A DNA stretch of 45,105 bases, taken from the IMG/VR virus record IMGVR_UViG_3300045988_173304; one strand, given 5' to 3'. The translations under genes were made by a program, and so were the position numbers. Source of the DNA: a virus. Each line of letters begins with the position of its first letter. Position 1 is the first letter of the stretch. Below the pieces are notes generated by a model. That model searched no databases, was not told the DNA's origin, and saw only the letters and a program-made list of their open reading frames with translations. Shown here in pieces: positions 32,590-42,023 of this stretch.

Positions 32590-34260
32590 ATGCAGGTGAG
32601 CTATTCAAGAGTGTCAACGCATGAGAAATGCCCATATCAATTCAAGTTGCGATATCGTGATAAATTGAAAACTATTTTCAATTGCGATCCACAGAATGCA
32701 CTGGTTTTAGGGCATGCATTGCACACAGGAATTGAGAAAGACGTTGCTGCCGCAATCGATGAATATTATGGAGCATATCCGATTATTGACGATGCACATG
32801 TAACTGAAGCGATGAAGCTTGAGTATTTGATTCCCAAAGTCAAGAAGTTGTTACCTGAAGGCCAACATGAAGTAAAGATTGAAACTGAAGATTTTGTTGG
32901 ATTCATTGATTTACTTGTGCCCGCAGATGAATGGGAATTCACTCCAATGGGAACCAAGGTTACAATATCGACTGATACTTATGACATCTACGACTTCAAA
33001 TATTCTAATAACGTGAAAGGATATTTGGACTCAGCACAGCTTCATCTTTACAAGTACTTCTTTGAGCTTACAAATCCGGGTAAACATATCCGAAATCTCT
33101 ACTTTGTTTTTGTTCCAAAATGCAATTTGAGAATGAAGCGCAAGAACAAAACAAATCCAATAGATGAAACTATTTACGAGTTTCGAAGAAGATGTATGGA
33201 AGACCTTGAACAAAAGGAAATCATAGTCAAGAAAATTGACTATGAGCCAAACAAAGTTATTGAGTATCTTATCAACACAAAGCATTGCGTTGAAGATACT
33301 GAATATATAAAAAATCCGACACGCCTTTGTGATTGGTGTGAATACCAACTCTATTGTGAGAAAGGAATTGATTACATGAACCTTCCAAAGAATGAACGTC
33401 GAGAGATTGAAATCTCCAACAAGAAGAAAATTTGGCTGTATGCTCCACCGTTCGCAGGTAAGACAACGTTGACGGACAAATTTCCTGATCCGTTGATTCT
33501 TACGACTGACGGCAACATCAAGAACGTCACCGCTCCGTATCTCTACATCAAGGACGAAGTCACCGTTACTGGTAGAGTTACCAATCGTAAGTTTGCGTGG
33601 AAAGTATTCAAGGAAATCTTGGATGAACTGGAAAAGAAGCAGAATGACTTCAAGACAATCACGCTTGACCTTGTTGAAGATACTCGTGAAATGTGCCGCT
33701 TGTACATGTACGACAAGATGGGTATTCAGCACGAATCTGACAGTGGTTTTGGTAAGGGCTGGGATGTTATCAAAACTGAGTATTTGTCCACAATGAGACG
33801 TTTCTTCAATTTGGACTATGACAACATCATTATTTGCTCTCACGAAGATGTCACTAAGACAATCACCAAGAAGAGCGGTGAACAGATTACTCGTATTGGA
33901 CCAAATATTCAGGAAGCAATTGCTACTAAGCTTGCTGGCATGGTTGACATTGTTGCAAGAATTATCGTTAAGGATGATGACACGAGAACAATCAGCTTTA
34001 AGACTGATAACGTAATTTTTGGTGGTGGTCGTCTCAACGTTGTTGGTAAGGAGATTCCTTGCACATACGACGACCTCATGGAAGTTTACGCTGAAGCTAC
34101 TGAAGAAGCGCAGCATGAATGCGTCAAGAAGACTCCCAATGAAACAACTGAAAAGGCAGATGTAACTACATCAGAACCTGAAGAAAAAGCGCCTGAGGCA
34201 GCTCCAGACGTTTCTGAGGAAAAGCCTAAACGCAGAACAAGAAAGAAGCGCATAGAATGA
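32590..34260 (+). CDS. Fusion of a Cas4/RecB-like PD-(D/E)XK nuclease (4-Cys) and an AAA_24/Sak4-like ATPase
   Basis: N-terminal half: EKCPYQF, GHALH, IDLLV, YDFKYS, QLHLYKY, CDWCEYQLYC. C-terminal half: IWLYAPPFAGKTTL (Walker A). Basic/acidic tail. Confidence 0.7.
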   Translation: MQVSYSRVSTHEKCPYQFKLRYRDKLKTIFNCDPQNALVLGHALHTGIEKDVAAAIDEYYGAYPIIDDAHVTEAMKLEYLIPKVKKLLPEGQHEVKIETEDFVGFIDLLVPADEWEFTPMGTKVTISTDTYDIYDFKYSNNVKGYLDSAQLHLYKYFFELTNPGKHIRNLYFVFVPKCNLRMKRKNKTNPIDETIYEFRRRCMEDLEQKEIIVKKIDYEPNKVIEYLINTKHCVEDTEYIKNPTRLCDWCEYQLYCEKGIDYMNLPKNERREIEISNKKKIWLYAPPFAGKTTLTDKFPDPLILTTDGNIKNVTAPYLYIKDEVTVTGRVTNRKFAWKVFKEILDELEKKQNDFKTITLDLVEDTREMCRLYMYDKMGIQHESDSGFGKGWDVIKTEYLSTMRRFFNLDYDNIIICSHEDVTKTITKKSGEQITRIGPNIQEAIATKLAGMVDIVARIIVKDDDTRTISFKTDNVIFGGGRLNVVGKEIPCTYDDLMEVYAEATEEAQHECVKKTPNETTEKADVTTSEPEEKAPEAAPDVSEEKPKRRTRKKRIE

Positions 34261-34382
34261 TGAAACTAAGTGAGTTTTTACGTAAGAAGAGCACGATGAA
34301 GTTTTTGCTCAAAGTCATAATCATTACATTGTTTTTCGTTGTCAGCTACAAAACAGGATTGTTGACAATTGAGAATAAATAA
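34257..34382 (+). CDS. Possible small membrane peptide (41 aa; weak RBS)
   Basis: ATGA overlap with the upstream stop. ..MKFLLKVIIITLFFVVSYKTGLL.. has a single TM segment. Confidence 0.3.
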   Translation: MMKLSEFLRKKSTMKFLLKVIIITLFFVVSYKTGLLTIENK

Positions 34383-34396
34383 CAGGAGGAAAAAAT

Positions 34397-34846
34397 ATGG
34401 ATTTCAGCAAATTTGACAAGCAGGTAGACCTTGAAGGTCTGAAGAACGACATTAAGGACGCAGAGGAAAATGGCGGTGGTGATTTCAAGGAAGTACCTCA
34501 CGCTAAGTACGAGGTAGCAATTACCAAGCTCGAACTGACAGAATCCAAGAAGGGTGATCCGATGGTGAGTGTTTGGTTCAAGATTACCAATGGTGAGTAT
34601 AAGGGTTCTTTGATCTTTATGAATCAGGTTATTACTCAGGGCTTCCAGATTCACATCGCAGATGAGTTCTTACGTTCTCTTGAAACTACTGTTGATGTAC
34701 AGTTCGAGTCTTACTCTCAGTATGCTGAGATGCTTGCAGACATCTTCGAAGAAATCGAGGATAAGGTTGAATTTGTTCTTGACTATGGTGAGAACAAGAA
34801 AGGCTATAATACATTCGAAATTATTGATTCGTTCGAAGTAGAATAA
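34397..34846 (+). CDS. DUF669-like putative ssDNA-binding protein
   Basis: The pattern ..FKEVPHAKYEVAITKLELTESKKGDPMVSVWFKI..GEYKGSLIF.. and its adjacency to the Sak4-like ATPase are typical of DUF669. Confidence 0.6.
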   Translation: MDFSKFDKQVDLEGLKNDIKDAEENGGGDFKEVPHAKYEVAITKLELTESKKGDPMVSVWFKITNGEYKGSLIFMNQVITQGFQIHIADEFLRSLETTVDVQFESYSQYAEMLADIFEEIEDKVEFVLDYGENKKGYNTFEIIDSFEVE

Positions 34847-34883
34847 TTCTTTTGACTGGGCGGGAAGGTGGGTTAGTCAGGAG

Positions 34884-36635
34884 GTGAGTTCAATTCTTAA
34901 TTTTTACGACTTCGAAGTGTTCAAGGAAGATTGGCTCGTTGTAATTATCAATCCATACGAGAAATCAGAAGTGGTGATTATCAACGACAAAGAGAAGCTC
35001 CAAGAATATTACGATGCTCACAAGAATCAGATTTGGGTCGGTTACAACAATAACCATTATGACCAATATATTCTGAAGGCAATTCTTTGTGGATTCAATC
35101 CTAAGGAAGTCAATGACTTCATCATCAAGGAAGACAAAAAAGGATGGCAATTCAGTTCATTGTTTAAGAAGTTCCAAATGTACAATTTTGATGTTATGCA
35201 ACGTAATGACGGAGGGCTTAAGTCGCTTGAGGGATTTATGGGAAGCAACATCAAAGAAACATCCATTCCTTTCGATATTGACAGAAAATTGACAGAAAGT
35301 GAGATAGAAGAAACTATCAAATATTGCCGACATGACGTTGAGCAAACTATCGAAGTTTTCTTGCAAAGGAAAGACGATCTTGATGTGCAATTGGAACTAA
35401 TAAAAGAATTCAATTTGCCACTCTCATTTGTTACTAAAACACAAACACAACTCACTGCTGAAATTCTTGAAGCAAAATCAGTGAGATTTGGTGATGACTT
35501 CAACATCAATTTTCCTGAGTATTTGAACAAAATCAAGAAGTACAAATATATTGTCGATTGGTTCAAAAAGTTCAAGACAGACAAAATTCTTTCAGATGAC
35601 CAAAAGAAAGAAATCTATGGACAGAATTTGGAAACTGAAGTTGCAGGTGTACCTCATGTATTTGCTTGGGGAGGTTTGCATGGAGCATTACCAAAATACT
35701 TTGGTAAAGGTTATTTTTTGCACATTGACGTATCTCAGTATTATCCAAGTTTGATGACTGGTCACAACTATTTTAGTCGTGCAGCTTCAGATGAAGGAAA
35801 ACGAAGATATGAGATGATGCGAAAAGAATCTATTAGACTGAAAGCATTTCCTGAGCTTAAGAAAAAGCGAACAGGTTACAAGACTTGTAACAATAAAGCC
35901 TATGGTGCGATGAAGGATAAATACAACAAATTATTTGATCCGCTCAATGCAAATAACATTTGTGTCACAGGTCAGCTCGCATTGCTGCTTTTGATTGAAA
36001 TGTTGGAACCTCATTGCAAGCTGATTCAGAGCAATACAGATGGTCTGATCGTAAAGCTTTACTCAATTGATGATTATGAATTGATAGATGATATTTGTTG
36101 GGAATGGGAACAGCTTACACATGTAAAATTGGCATTCGACCCAATTATCACAAGAATCTATCAAAAAGACGTCAACAATTATTTGTTTGTCAATGAAGAT
36201 GGTGAAATTGAAAGTAAGGGTGCATATGTCAAATCACTTAGCCCTTTAGATTTTGATTTGCCGATTGTCAATAAAGCAATTGTTGATTATTTGATTTATG
36301 ACATACCAATTGAGAAGACAATCAATGAATGCGATGCACTGATTATGTTCCAAAAAATCGTCAAGCTTTCAGGTAAATTCAAGCATGTTGTTCATAATGG
36401 CAAGATTTTTACAGAAAAATGCTTTAGAGTTTTTGCCAGTACATGCGATTGTGATTCCTACATTGGAAAACAAAAAGAAGGCAATAATACAATCGAAAAA
36501 TTTGCAAACACACCTGAACATTGCTTCATCGTGAATGACGATGTGAAAAAAGCAACTGTTGGTTGGAGACTTGACAAAGAATGGTATATTAGCATGGCAA
36601 AAAGTAGATTGAAGCAATTTGGAGTGATTATATGA
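34884..36635 (+). CDS. Family B DNA polymerase
   Basis: ExoI FYDFEVF. Motif A DVSQYYPSLM. Motif B KTCNNKAYGAM. Motif C SNTDGLIV. GTG is the only available start upstream of ExoI. Confidence 0.8.
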   Translation: MSSILNFYDFEVFKEDWLVVIINPYEKSEVVIINDKEKLQEYYDAHKNQIWVGYNNNHYDQYILKAILCGFNPKEVNDFIIKEDKKGWQFSSLFKKFQMYNFDVMQRNDGGLKSLEGFMGSNIKETSIPFDIDRKLTESEIEETIKYCRHDVEQTIEVFLQRKDDLDVQLELIKEFNLPLSFVTKTQTQLTAEILEAKSVRFGDDFNINFPEYLNKIKKYKYIVDWFKKFKTDKILSDDQKKEIYGQNLETEVAGVPHVFAWGGLHGALPKYFGKGYFLHIDVSQYYPSLMTGHNYFSRAASDEGKRRYEMMRKESIRLKAFPELKKKRTGYKTCNNKAYGAMKDKYNKLFDPLNANNICVTGQLALLLLIEMLEPHCKLIQSNTDGLIVKLYSIDDYELIDDICWEWEQLTHVKLAFDPIITRIYQKDVNNYLFVNEDGEIESKGAYVKSLSPLDFDLPIVNKAIVDYLIYDIPIEKTINECDALIMFQKIVKLSGKFKHVVHNGKIFTEKCFRVFASTCDCDSYIGKQKEGNNTIEKFANTPEHCFIVNDDVKKATVGWRLDKEWYISMAKSRLKQFGVII

Positions 36636-36814
36636 TAGAGATGGTCGGCAAACAATTTGGCGAATGGAAAGTATTAAAATTTTCGCATCTCTCAAGAAAA
36701 AAGCAAGCATATTGGTTATGTCGTTGCGGTCTATGCGGAAAAACCTACATTGTTCGTGGTGACAATTTGAGGTTAGAAAAATCTACGAGGTGTATTCATT
36801 GCATAAAAAAATGA
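36632..36814 (+). CDS. Small zinc-ribbon protein
   Basis: WLCRCGLCGK...STRCIHC forms two CxxC-like pairs. ATGA-coupled at both ends. Confidence 0.5.
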   Translation: MIEMVGKQFGEWKVLKFSHLSRKKQAYWLCRCGLCGKTYIVRGDNLRLEKSTRCIHCIKK

Positions 36815-38697
36815 CATTTTTTAAGGGGTTTGTTCCTACAAAAGATAAAAAATGCCTATTAAAATTCAAAGGTAAAACAGCAAGTGAATTGCAAACGTAC
36901 GATCAGGTGAAAAACTTACCTGAATATGCTGGTATTTTATCTGATGAAACCGCTCTGATTGATATTGATGACTTTGAGCAGTCAGAAATTTTGTTCAAGA
37001 TTGTTCAAAATATGAAGTTGCGATGCAGAGTTTATCAAACCAATAGAGGTAAGCATTTTTTATTTATCAATGACAAACTTGAAACGAACAAGATTCGTAC
37101 AAAGTTGGCTTGCGGTCTAACCGCAGATATTAAGATAGGTACAAAAAACTCATATTCCATATTGAAATATGACAATAAGGAACGTGAAATAATTTACGAT
37201 TGTGATGATTATGAAACCGTTCCAAAATGGTTGGTGCCAGTCAAAAGTTCAATTGATTTTTTGGAAATGGAGAGCGGTGACGGTAGAAACCAAACGTTTT
37301 TCAATTACATTTTAACTTTACAATCAAATGATTTTTCGATTGAAGAAGTTCGTGAATGTATCAACATCATAAATAAGTATCTTCTGAAAGACCCATTGGA
37401 TGAATCAGAACTGAATACAATTCTCAGAGATGAAGCATTCAAAAAACCAATGTTTTTCAAAAATGGAAAATTCCAATTTGATAAGTTTGCAATATATTTG
37501 AAGAAGATTCACCACATTGTGAGAATCAATGGACAGCTGCATATTTATCATGATGGAATCTATGTTCCTGGTCAGCTTGAAATTGAAGCAGCGATGATTG
37601 AACACATTCCAAATTTGAATCGCTCAAAGCGAACTGAGGTATTGAGTTATTTGGAAGTACTTACGCGACAAAATACTCGTCCTAGTCATGCAAAATATAT
37701 TGCTTTCAAAAATGGAATATATGACATTGAGGATGATAGATTGATTGATTTTTCTCCTGACATAATAATCACTAACAAAATCAATTTCGATTATAATCCT
37801 GACGCTTCCAGTGAGCTTTTAGATAATACCCTTAATAAATTATCGTGTAACGATAAGAATGTCAGAGCGTTGCTTGAGGAAGCTGTGGGTTATTGTTTTT
37901 ATCGACGAAATGAGTTGAGAAAATCATTTATCCTCACAGGTGACAAAAAGAATGGTAAGTCTACATATTTGTCAATGCTTAAAGAATTGCTCGGTGACGA
38001 TAATACAGCAGCATTGGACCTGAATGAATTAGGTGACAGGTTTTCATCAGCATCATTATTCGGAAAATTGGCAAATATCGGTGATGATATTGGCGATGAC
38101 TTTATTGCAAATCCTTCGATATTTAAGAAAATCGTTTCTGGTGACCCAATAAAGGGTGAAAAGAAAGGCCAAAATGAATTCTTCTTCGCACCATATTGTA
38201 AGCTCTTATTCTCAGCGAACAATATTCCAAGAATGAAAGATAAATCTGGTGCGGTATTAAGTAGATTGGTTATCATTCCGTTTGATGCCACATTTTCTAA
38301 GGATGACCCTGATTTTGATCCATATATCAAATATAAACTGATTGAGCCCGATGTTTTGGAATATCTCATTGTGTTAGGCATTCAAGGCCTTAAGCGTATT
38401 TTGAAAAACAATGCATTTACGAAATCTGACAAAGTTCAGAAATCAATTGAAGAATATGAAGAGACAAATAATCCTATTCAATTATTCTTCAAGGAAGTTG
38501 ATGCAAATGACATTGAGAATGAACCAACAAAAGAAATTTACAGACAATATAATGAATTTTGTTTGGCAAATGCATTCAATCCAATGTCAAATATTGAATT
38601 TTCAAAACAAGTCAAAAAGCAGTTTGATTTTGAAATCAAGGACAAGACAATTAAAGGTAAGAAGTATCGGATATTTGTCAAGAAAGAGAGTATGTAA
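36811..38697 (+). CDS. Primase-polymerase / SF3 helicase (P4-type primase-helicase)
   Basis: N-terminal LIDIDD prim-pol motif. C-terminal LTGDKKNGKST Walker A and D5/P4-like region. ATG 36811 overlaps the upstream stop. Confidence 0.8.
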   Translation: MTFFKGFVPTKDKKCLLKFKGKTASELQTYDQVKNLPEYAGILSDETALIDIDDFEQSEILFKIVQNMKLRCRVYQTNRGKHFLFINDKLETNKIRTKLACGLTADIKIGTKNSYSILKYDNKEREIIYDCDDYETVPKWLVPVKSSIDFLEMESGDGRNQTFFNYILTLQSNDFSIEEVRECINIINKYLLKDPLDESELNTILRDEAFKKPMFFKNGKFQFDKFAIYLKKIHHIVRINGQLHIYHDGIYVPGQLEIEAAMIEHIPNLNRSKRTEVLSYLEVLTRQNTRPSHAKYIAFKNGIYDIEDDRLIDFSPDIIITNKINFDYNPDASSELLDNTLNKLSCNDKNVRALLEEAVGYCFYRRNELRKSFILTGDKKNGKSTYLSMLKELLGDDNTAALDLNELGDRFSSASLFGKLANIGDDIGDDFIANPSIFKKIVSGDPIKGEKKGQNEFFFAPYCKLLFSANNIPRMKDKSGAVLSRLVIIPFDATFSKDDPDFDPYIKYKLIEPDVLEYLIVLGIQGLKRILKNNAFTKSDKVQKSIEEYEETNNPIQLFFKEVDANDIENEPTKEIYRQYNEFCLANAFNPMSNIEFSKQVKKQFDFEIKDKTIKGKKYRIFVKKESM

Positions 38698-38858
38698 TGA
38701 TCGAGTGCATCAGTTTTGAGGCCATGAATAGAATCAGTCTTGCAGCAAAGTTGGAGGAAATTTCTCGTAAGGTTGCAGTAATTGATTGGCATATGACGTA
38801 TGACCTCAACCGAAAAAAATTTGTTGCAATTGTGAGGTATGTCAAAAATGAACCGTAA
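38697..38858 (+). CDS. Hypothetical small protein (53 aa, below the ORF-track cutoff)
   Basis: TAATG overlap with the primase stop. Its end overlaps the next start. Hand translation gives MIECISFEAMNRISLAAKLEEISRKVAVIDWHMTYDLNRKKFVAIVRYVKNEP. Confidence 0.45.
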   Translation: MIECISFEAMNRISLAAKLEEISRKVAVIDWHMTYDLNRKKFVAIVRYVKNEP

Positions 38859-39120
38859 GTATTTTTCAGAGCGCTTGAAAGAATTACGCAGACTGAACAA
38901 AGAAACTCAAAATCATTTAGCAAATGCAATTTACGTGTCGGTAAGTACACTTCGAGGATATGAATCAATGGAACATGTTCCAAGTGTTGACATCCTCATC
39001 GCAATTGCAAAGCATTACAATGTGACAGTTGACTCGTTATTGTTTAAGAATGCCGATAGTTATTCAAAGCATTTGGAAAATAAGCTGCTACAGATTCGAG
39101 CCCTTACATGTGAATTTTAA
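38848..39120 (+). CDS. XRE-family HTH regulator
   Basis: LKELRRLNKETQNHLANAIYVSVSTLRGYESMEHVPSVDILIAIAKHYNVTVDSLL. Confidence 0.75.
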   Translation: MNRKYFSERLKELRRLNKETQNHLANAIYVSVSTLRGYESMEHVPSVDILIAIAKHYNVTVDSLLFKNADSYSKHLENKLLQIRALTCEF

Positions 39121-39130
39121 GGAGGAACAA

Positions 39131-39619
39131 ATGAGAATTTTGATTGATGGTTGTGATGGTACAGGAAAAACCACAATCAGCGAGAAACTTGCCAACAAAC
39201 TTGGCTGCAACATCATCAGATTGACATATAACGGTGATCGTTCACAACAGGCATATGTCGAACTGATGGAATGTGAAAATGTTGTACACGACAGAACTTT
39301 CCTCAGTGAAATTATCTATCCAAAGTATTTTGGAAGAGAAAGTAGATTGGACAAAAACGTTGTACCTAACCTGCTAAATTTCATTGAGCAGAACAATGTG
39401 AAGGTATTTATACTCACAGCGAAGCCAGAAACGATTCTGGAGCGCATTGACAAGCGAGGCGATGAATTTATCGCTGATTCTGAAAAGTTCATCCAGATAA
39501 ATCTGGACTATCTGAGTGTAGCAGAAGAATGTGGCTTCACCGTGGTTGATACAACAAATAAAACAATCGATGAAATTATCGATGAAATGTTAGGAGAGAT
39601 GAAAGATGATCGCAGATAA
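39131..39619 (+). CDS. dNMP (thymidylate-kinase-like) kinase
   Basis: ILIDGCDGTGKTT is a Tmk-type P-loop. About 160 aa. SD AAGGAGGAACAA. Confidence 0.65.
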   Translation: MRILIDGCDGTGKTTISEKLANKLGCNIIRLTYNGDRSQQAYVELMECENVVHDRTFLSEIIYPKYFGRESRLDKNVVPNLLNFIEQNNVKVFILTAKPETILERIDKRGDEFIADSEKFIQINLDYLSVAEECGFTVVDTTNKTIDEIIDEMLGEMKDDRR

Positions 39620-40406
39620 TATGGATGACATCTATAGAGGTATTTGCTTTGATTTGATGCAGGCACCTCAGGTAAGAGGAACGAAAGAGCTGAACGGGTA
39701 TTCCTTCACACTGACTAATTTGGATAACAACGTTATCAATGTGAGAAATATCTCAAAATCTTACATTTGCGGAGAGCTACTTTGGTACGCTCTGGGGCGC
39801 AACGATGTAGGGTTCATAAACAAGTTTGCTGGCCTTTGGGGTCGCATCTCTGATGACGGAGTAACCTCATATTCAGCATATGGTGATATTGTCTTCAGCA
39901 GACACGGTTTCAATCAGGTCGAGAAGATTATTCAGCTTTTATGCAATGACCCTACAAGCAGACGAGCCGTTATCAATTTCAATGTTCCAAATGAACATGT
40001 GATTGAGACAAAGGATGAGATTTGCACAATTGCTTTGCAGTTCTTGATTCGAGACGGCAAACTCAATTGTTACGGTATCATGCGCAGCAATGATGTTTGG
40101 TTTGGTTTACCGTATGACACTATTTTCTTTACGGAACTCACGAAGTATATTGCGAAAAGAGTTGGTGTTCCGTACGGTACATATACTCACACTGTTGTAA
40201 GTCTTCACGTTTACGAACGCAATTATGCTGACATTGAATTTGCAGCAAATGCCGTTCCAACTCTTCAAATTTCAGTAGATTTTGAAAAGTTGATGCAATA
40301 CAAATTTATTTTGGAACACATTGTGGAAACAAGTGACAGTCCAAAAATTGATTTGGTTCTGGCATGTGAAGATTATGGTATTTTGAAGGAGGAAAAGCAT
40401 GCGTAA
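39606..40406 (+). CDS. ThyA-fold pyrimidine C5-transferase with a cytosine-type Asp: candidate dCMP hydroxymethylase
   Basis: Catalytic Cys in EICTIALQF (codon 40023-25). RSND. GLPYD in place of the GLPFN of thymidylate synthase (Asp codon 40116-18). LHVYERN. Confidence 0.6.
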   Translation: MIADNMDDIYRGICFDLMQAPQVRGTKELNGYSFTLTNLDNNVINVRNISKSYICGELLWYALGRNDVGFINKFAGLWGRISDDGVTSYSAYGDIVFSRHGFNQVEKIIQLLCNDPTSRRAVINFNVPNEHVIETKDEICTIALQFLIRDGKLNCYGIMRSNDVWFGLPYDTIFFTELTKYIAKRVGVPYGTYTHTVVSLHVYERNYADIEFAANAVPTLQISVDFEKLMQYKFILEHIVETSDSPKIDLVLACEDYGILKEEKHA

Positions 40407-40989
40407 TTATGTCGTATATAAACATACTTGCCCAAACGGTAAGGTTTATATTGGCATTACTTTTTTAGATGTCAAACAACGTTGGAAAAATGGCTATAAA
40501 CATAATGCTCATTTTCAAAATGCAATCCTTAAATATGGTTGGGATAATATCAAGCATGAGATTCTTTTTGAAGGTCTTACGAAAGAAGAAGCTTGTCAGA
40601 AAGAAATTGAACTGATTACTCTGTATAAATCCAATCAAAGAGAATTTGGATATAACAAAAGTTCTGGTGGAGAATCTCATGAAGGTTGTAAAGCATCTAA
40701 AGAACTTCGTAAAAAATTAAGTGAGAGTCATATTGGAAAAAAGCAATCGCAAGAAACTATTGAAAAACGACGAAAATCTATGACCGGTAAGCGTTGGAAA
40801 TGTTCCGATGAAGCAAGACACAATATGAGTTTAGCAAAAAAAGGAAAGCCGACAAGTAAAAGGTTGATAATTGAAGGTAAATCACTTTATCAATGGAGCG
40901 AAGAGCTTGGCATAAAGCCTCATACTCTTTATGTAAGAATATTTACGTATAAGTGGCCTTTAGAAAAGGCATTATCAAAGAAAGGATGA
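40399..40989 (+). CDS. GIY-YIG homing endonuclease (free-standing)
   Basis: YVVYKHTCPNGKVYIGIT..RWKNGYKHN..KYGW..E is a GIY-YIG pattern. NUMOD3-like SESHIGKKQS / HNMSLAKKGKP. C-terminal HTH-like module. Confidence 0.85.
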   Translation: MRNYVVYKHTCPNGKVYIGITFLDVKQRWKNGYKHNAHFQNAILKYGWDNIKHEILFEGLTKEEACQKEIELITLYKSNQREFGYNKSSGGESHEGCKASKELRKKLSESHIGKKQSQETIEKRRKSMTGKRWKCSDEARHNMSLAKKGKPTSKRLIIEGKSLYQWSEELGIKPHTLYVRIFTYKWPLEKALSKKG

Positions 40990-40995
40990 TATATT

Positions 40996-41427
40996 TTGCG
41001 CATTCGTGTTATTGATTTTGGCTATGAAAGCCTTCCAAAAAGAGCTCATGCAAATGATGCAGGTGCAGATGTCCATGCTCACATTATTGGTTCTGAAGGA
41101 CAAAGCGGTGCTATCACGATCGCTCCAAATACAACGGTAAAAATTCCGTTAGGTTTGGGTTTAGTGCTTCCTGACGGTTATGCAGCTTTCGTATTTCCAC
41201 GAAGCGGTTTAAGCAGCAAAGGTATTACATGCGAGTTGCCTCCGATTGATTCAGGTTACCGTGGAGAGATTCACGCGATCGTTACCAATTGTAGTACTAA
41301 AGCAGTTGTTGTACACGATGGAGACAGAATCGGACAACTTCTCATAATGCCGATTGTTATCGCTGATTTCATCACTGATGATTTTGAACAACGTGGAACT
41401 GGAGCCTTTGGTAGTACAGGAGTGTAA
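40996..41427 (+). CDS. dut: Trimeric dUTPase-family enzyme (dUTPase, possibly dCTPase)
   Basis: AGADV, FPRSGLSSKG, IDSGYRGEI, GDRIGQL, RGTGAFGSTG: the five dUTPase motifs. Confidence 0.85.
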   Translation: MRIRVIDFGYESLPKRAHANDAGADVHAHIIGSEGQSGAITIAPNTTVKIPLGLGLVLPDGYAAFVFPRSGLSSKGITCELPPIDSGYRGEIHAIVTNCSTKAVVVHDGDRIGQLLIMPIVIADFITDDFEQRGTGAFGSTGV

Positions 41428-41429
41428 GC

Positions 41430-41672
41430 ATGGATGAAGGATATATCCAATTGGCAGGTGAAATTGTTAGAGGACAACTTAAACAATATCATGCGGCACT
41501 GAACAAATATTCACGTGAAAGCAGACGAATTGGTATATTACGGCAAATCACATCAATTGAACACGAGTTGTTAACACATTATTACGACGTGTTAACACTC
41601 GGTAAAATTGATTTTGAAGAGTATATTAAATGCAAGCACGAACAATATGGTATTAAGGAGAACGTGCAATGA
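41430..41672 (+). CDS. Hypothetical protein (80 aa)
   Basis: ORF coupled on both sides. Confidence 0.5.
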   Translation: MDEGYIQLAGEIVRGQLKQYHAALNKYSRESRRIGILRQITSIEHELLTHYYDVLTLGKIDFEEYIKCKHEQYGIKENVQ

Positions 41673-41971
41673 GTTTTTCAGAAAATTTGAAAATTTTTCG
41701 TAAGCAAAAAGGACTTTCGCAAAAGGAATTGTCACAAAAACTTGATGTGGATCAAACAAATTGCTCTGTATGGGAAAGAGGAATTTGTTATCCAAAAGTA
41801 AGCACATTGTTGAAAATATGCGATATTTTGGAAGTTACACCGAATCAGTTGTTTGACTATGACTTTGACGAGAATTATATGCAAGAGAAACTCGACCACA
41901 TTACTGAAGAACTTGACAGCTTGTGTGAAACAATCGAATATGCCAAAAAGAAAGTGGTGATAAACAAGTGA
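41669..41971 (+). CDS. XRE-family HTH regulator
   Basis: LKIFRKQKGLSQKELSQKLDVDQTNCSVWERG. Confidence 0.8.
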   Translation: MSFSENLKIFRKQKGLSQKELSQKLDVDQTNCSVWERGICYPKVSTLLKICDILEVTPNQLFDYDFDENYMQEKLDHITEELDSLCETIEYAKKKVVINK

Positions 41972-42023
41972 TGTGGTTGTGTTTGATAATCGTCATTTTG
42001 TGGGCATCATGGGAGTGTGAAAG

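Noticed and set aside
33031-34116. 361-aa minus-strand ORF
   Set aside because: It is antisense to the nuclease/ATPase gene, whose + strand translation carries clear Walker A and nuclease motifs. The minus-frame product has no motif and no RBS.
505-41385. Other CTGATGA heptamers, examined as possible additional hammerhead cores (inside CDSs near 0.5, 3.8, 8.4, 20.7, 36.9, 39.8 and 41.4 kb; also TCATCAG on the minus strand near 38.0 kb)
   Set aside because: None is followed by a helix II plus GAAA plus helix III/UH arrangement, or flanked by a complementary helix I. Only 25347-25401 satisfies the full architecture.
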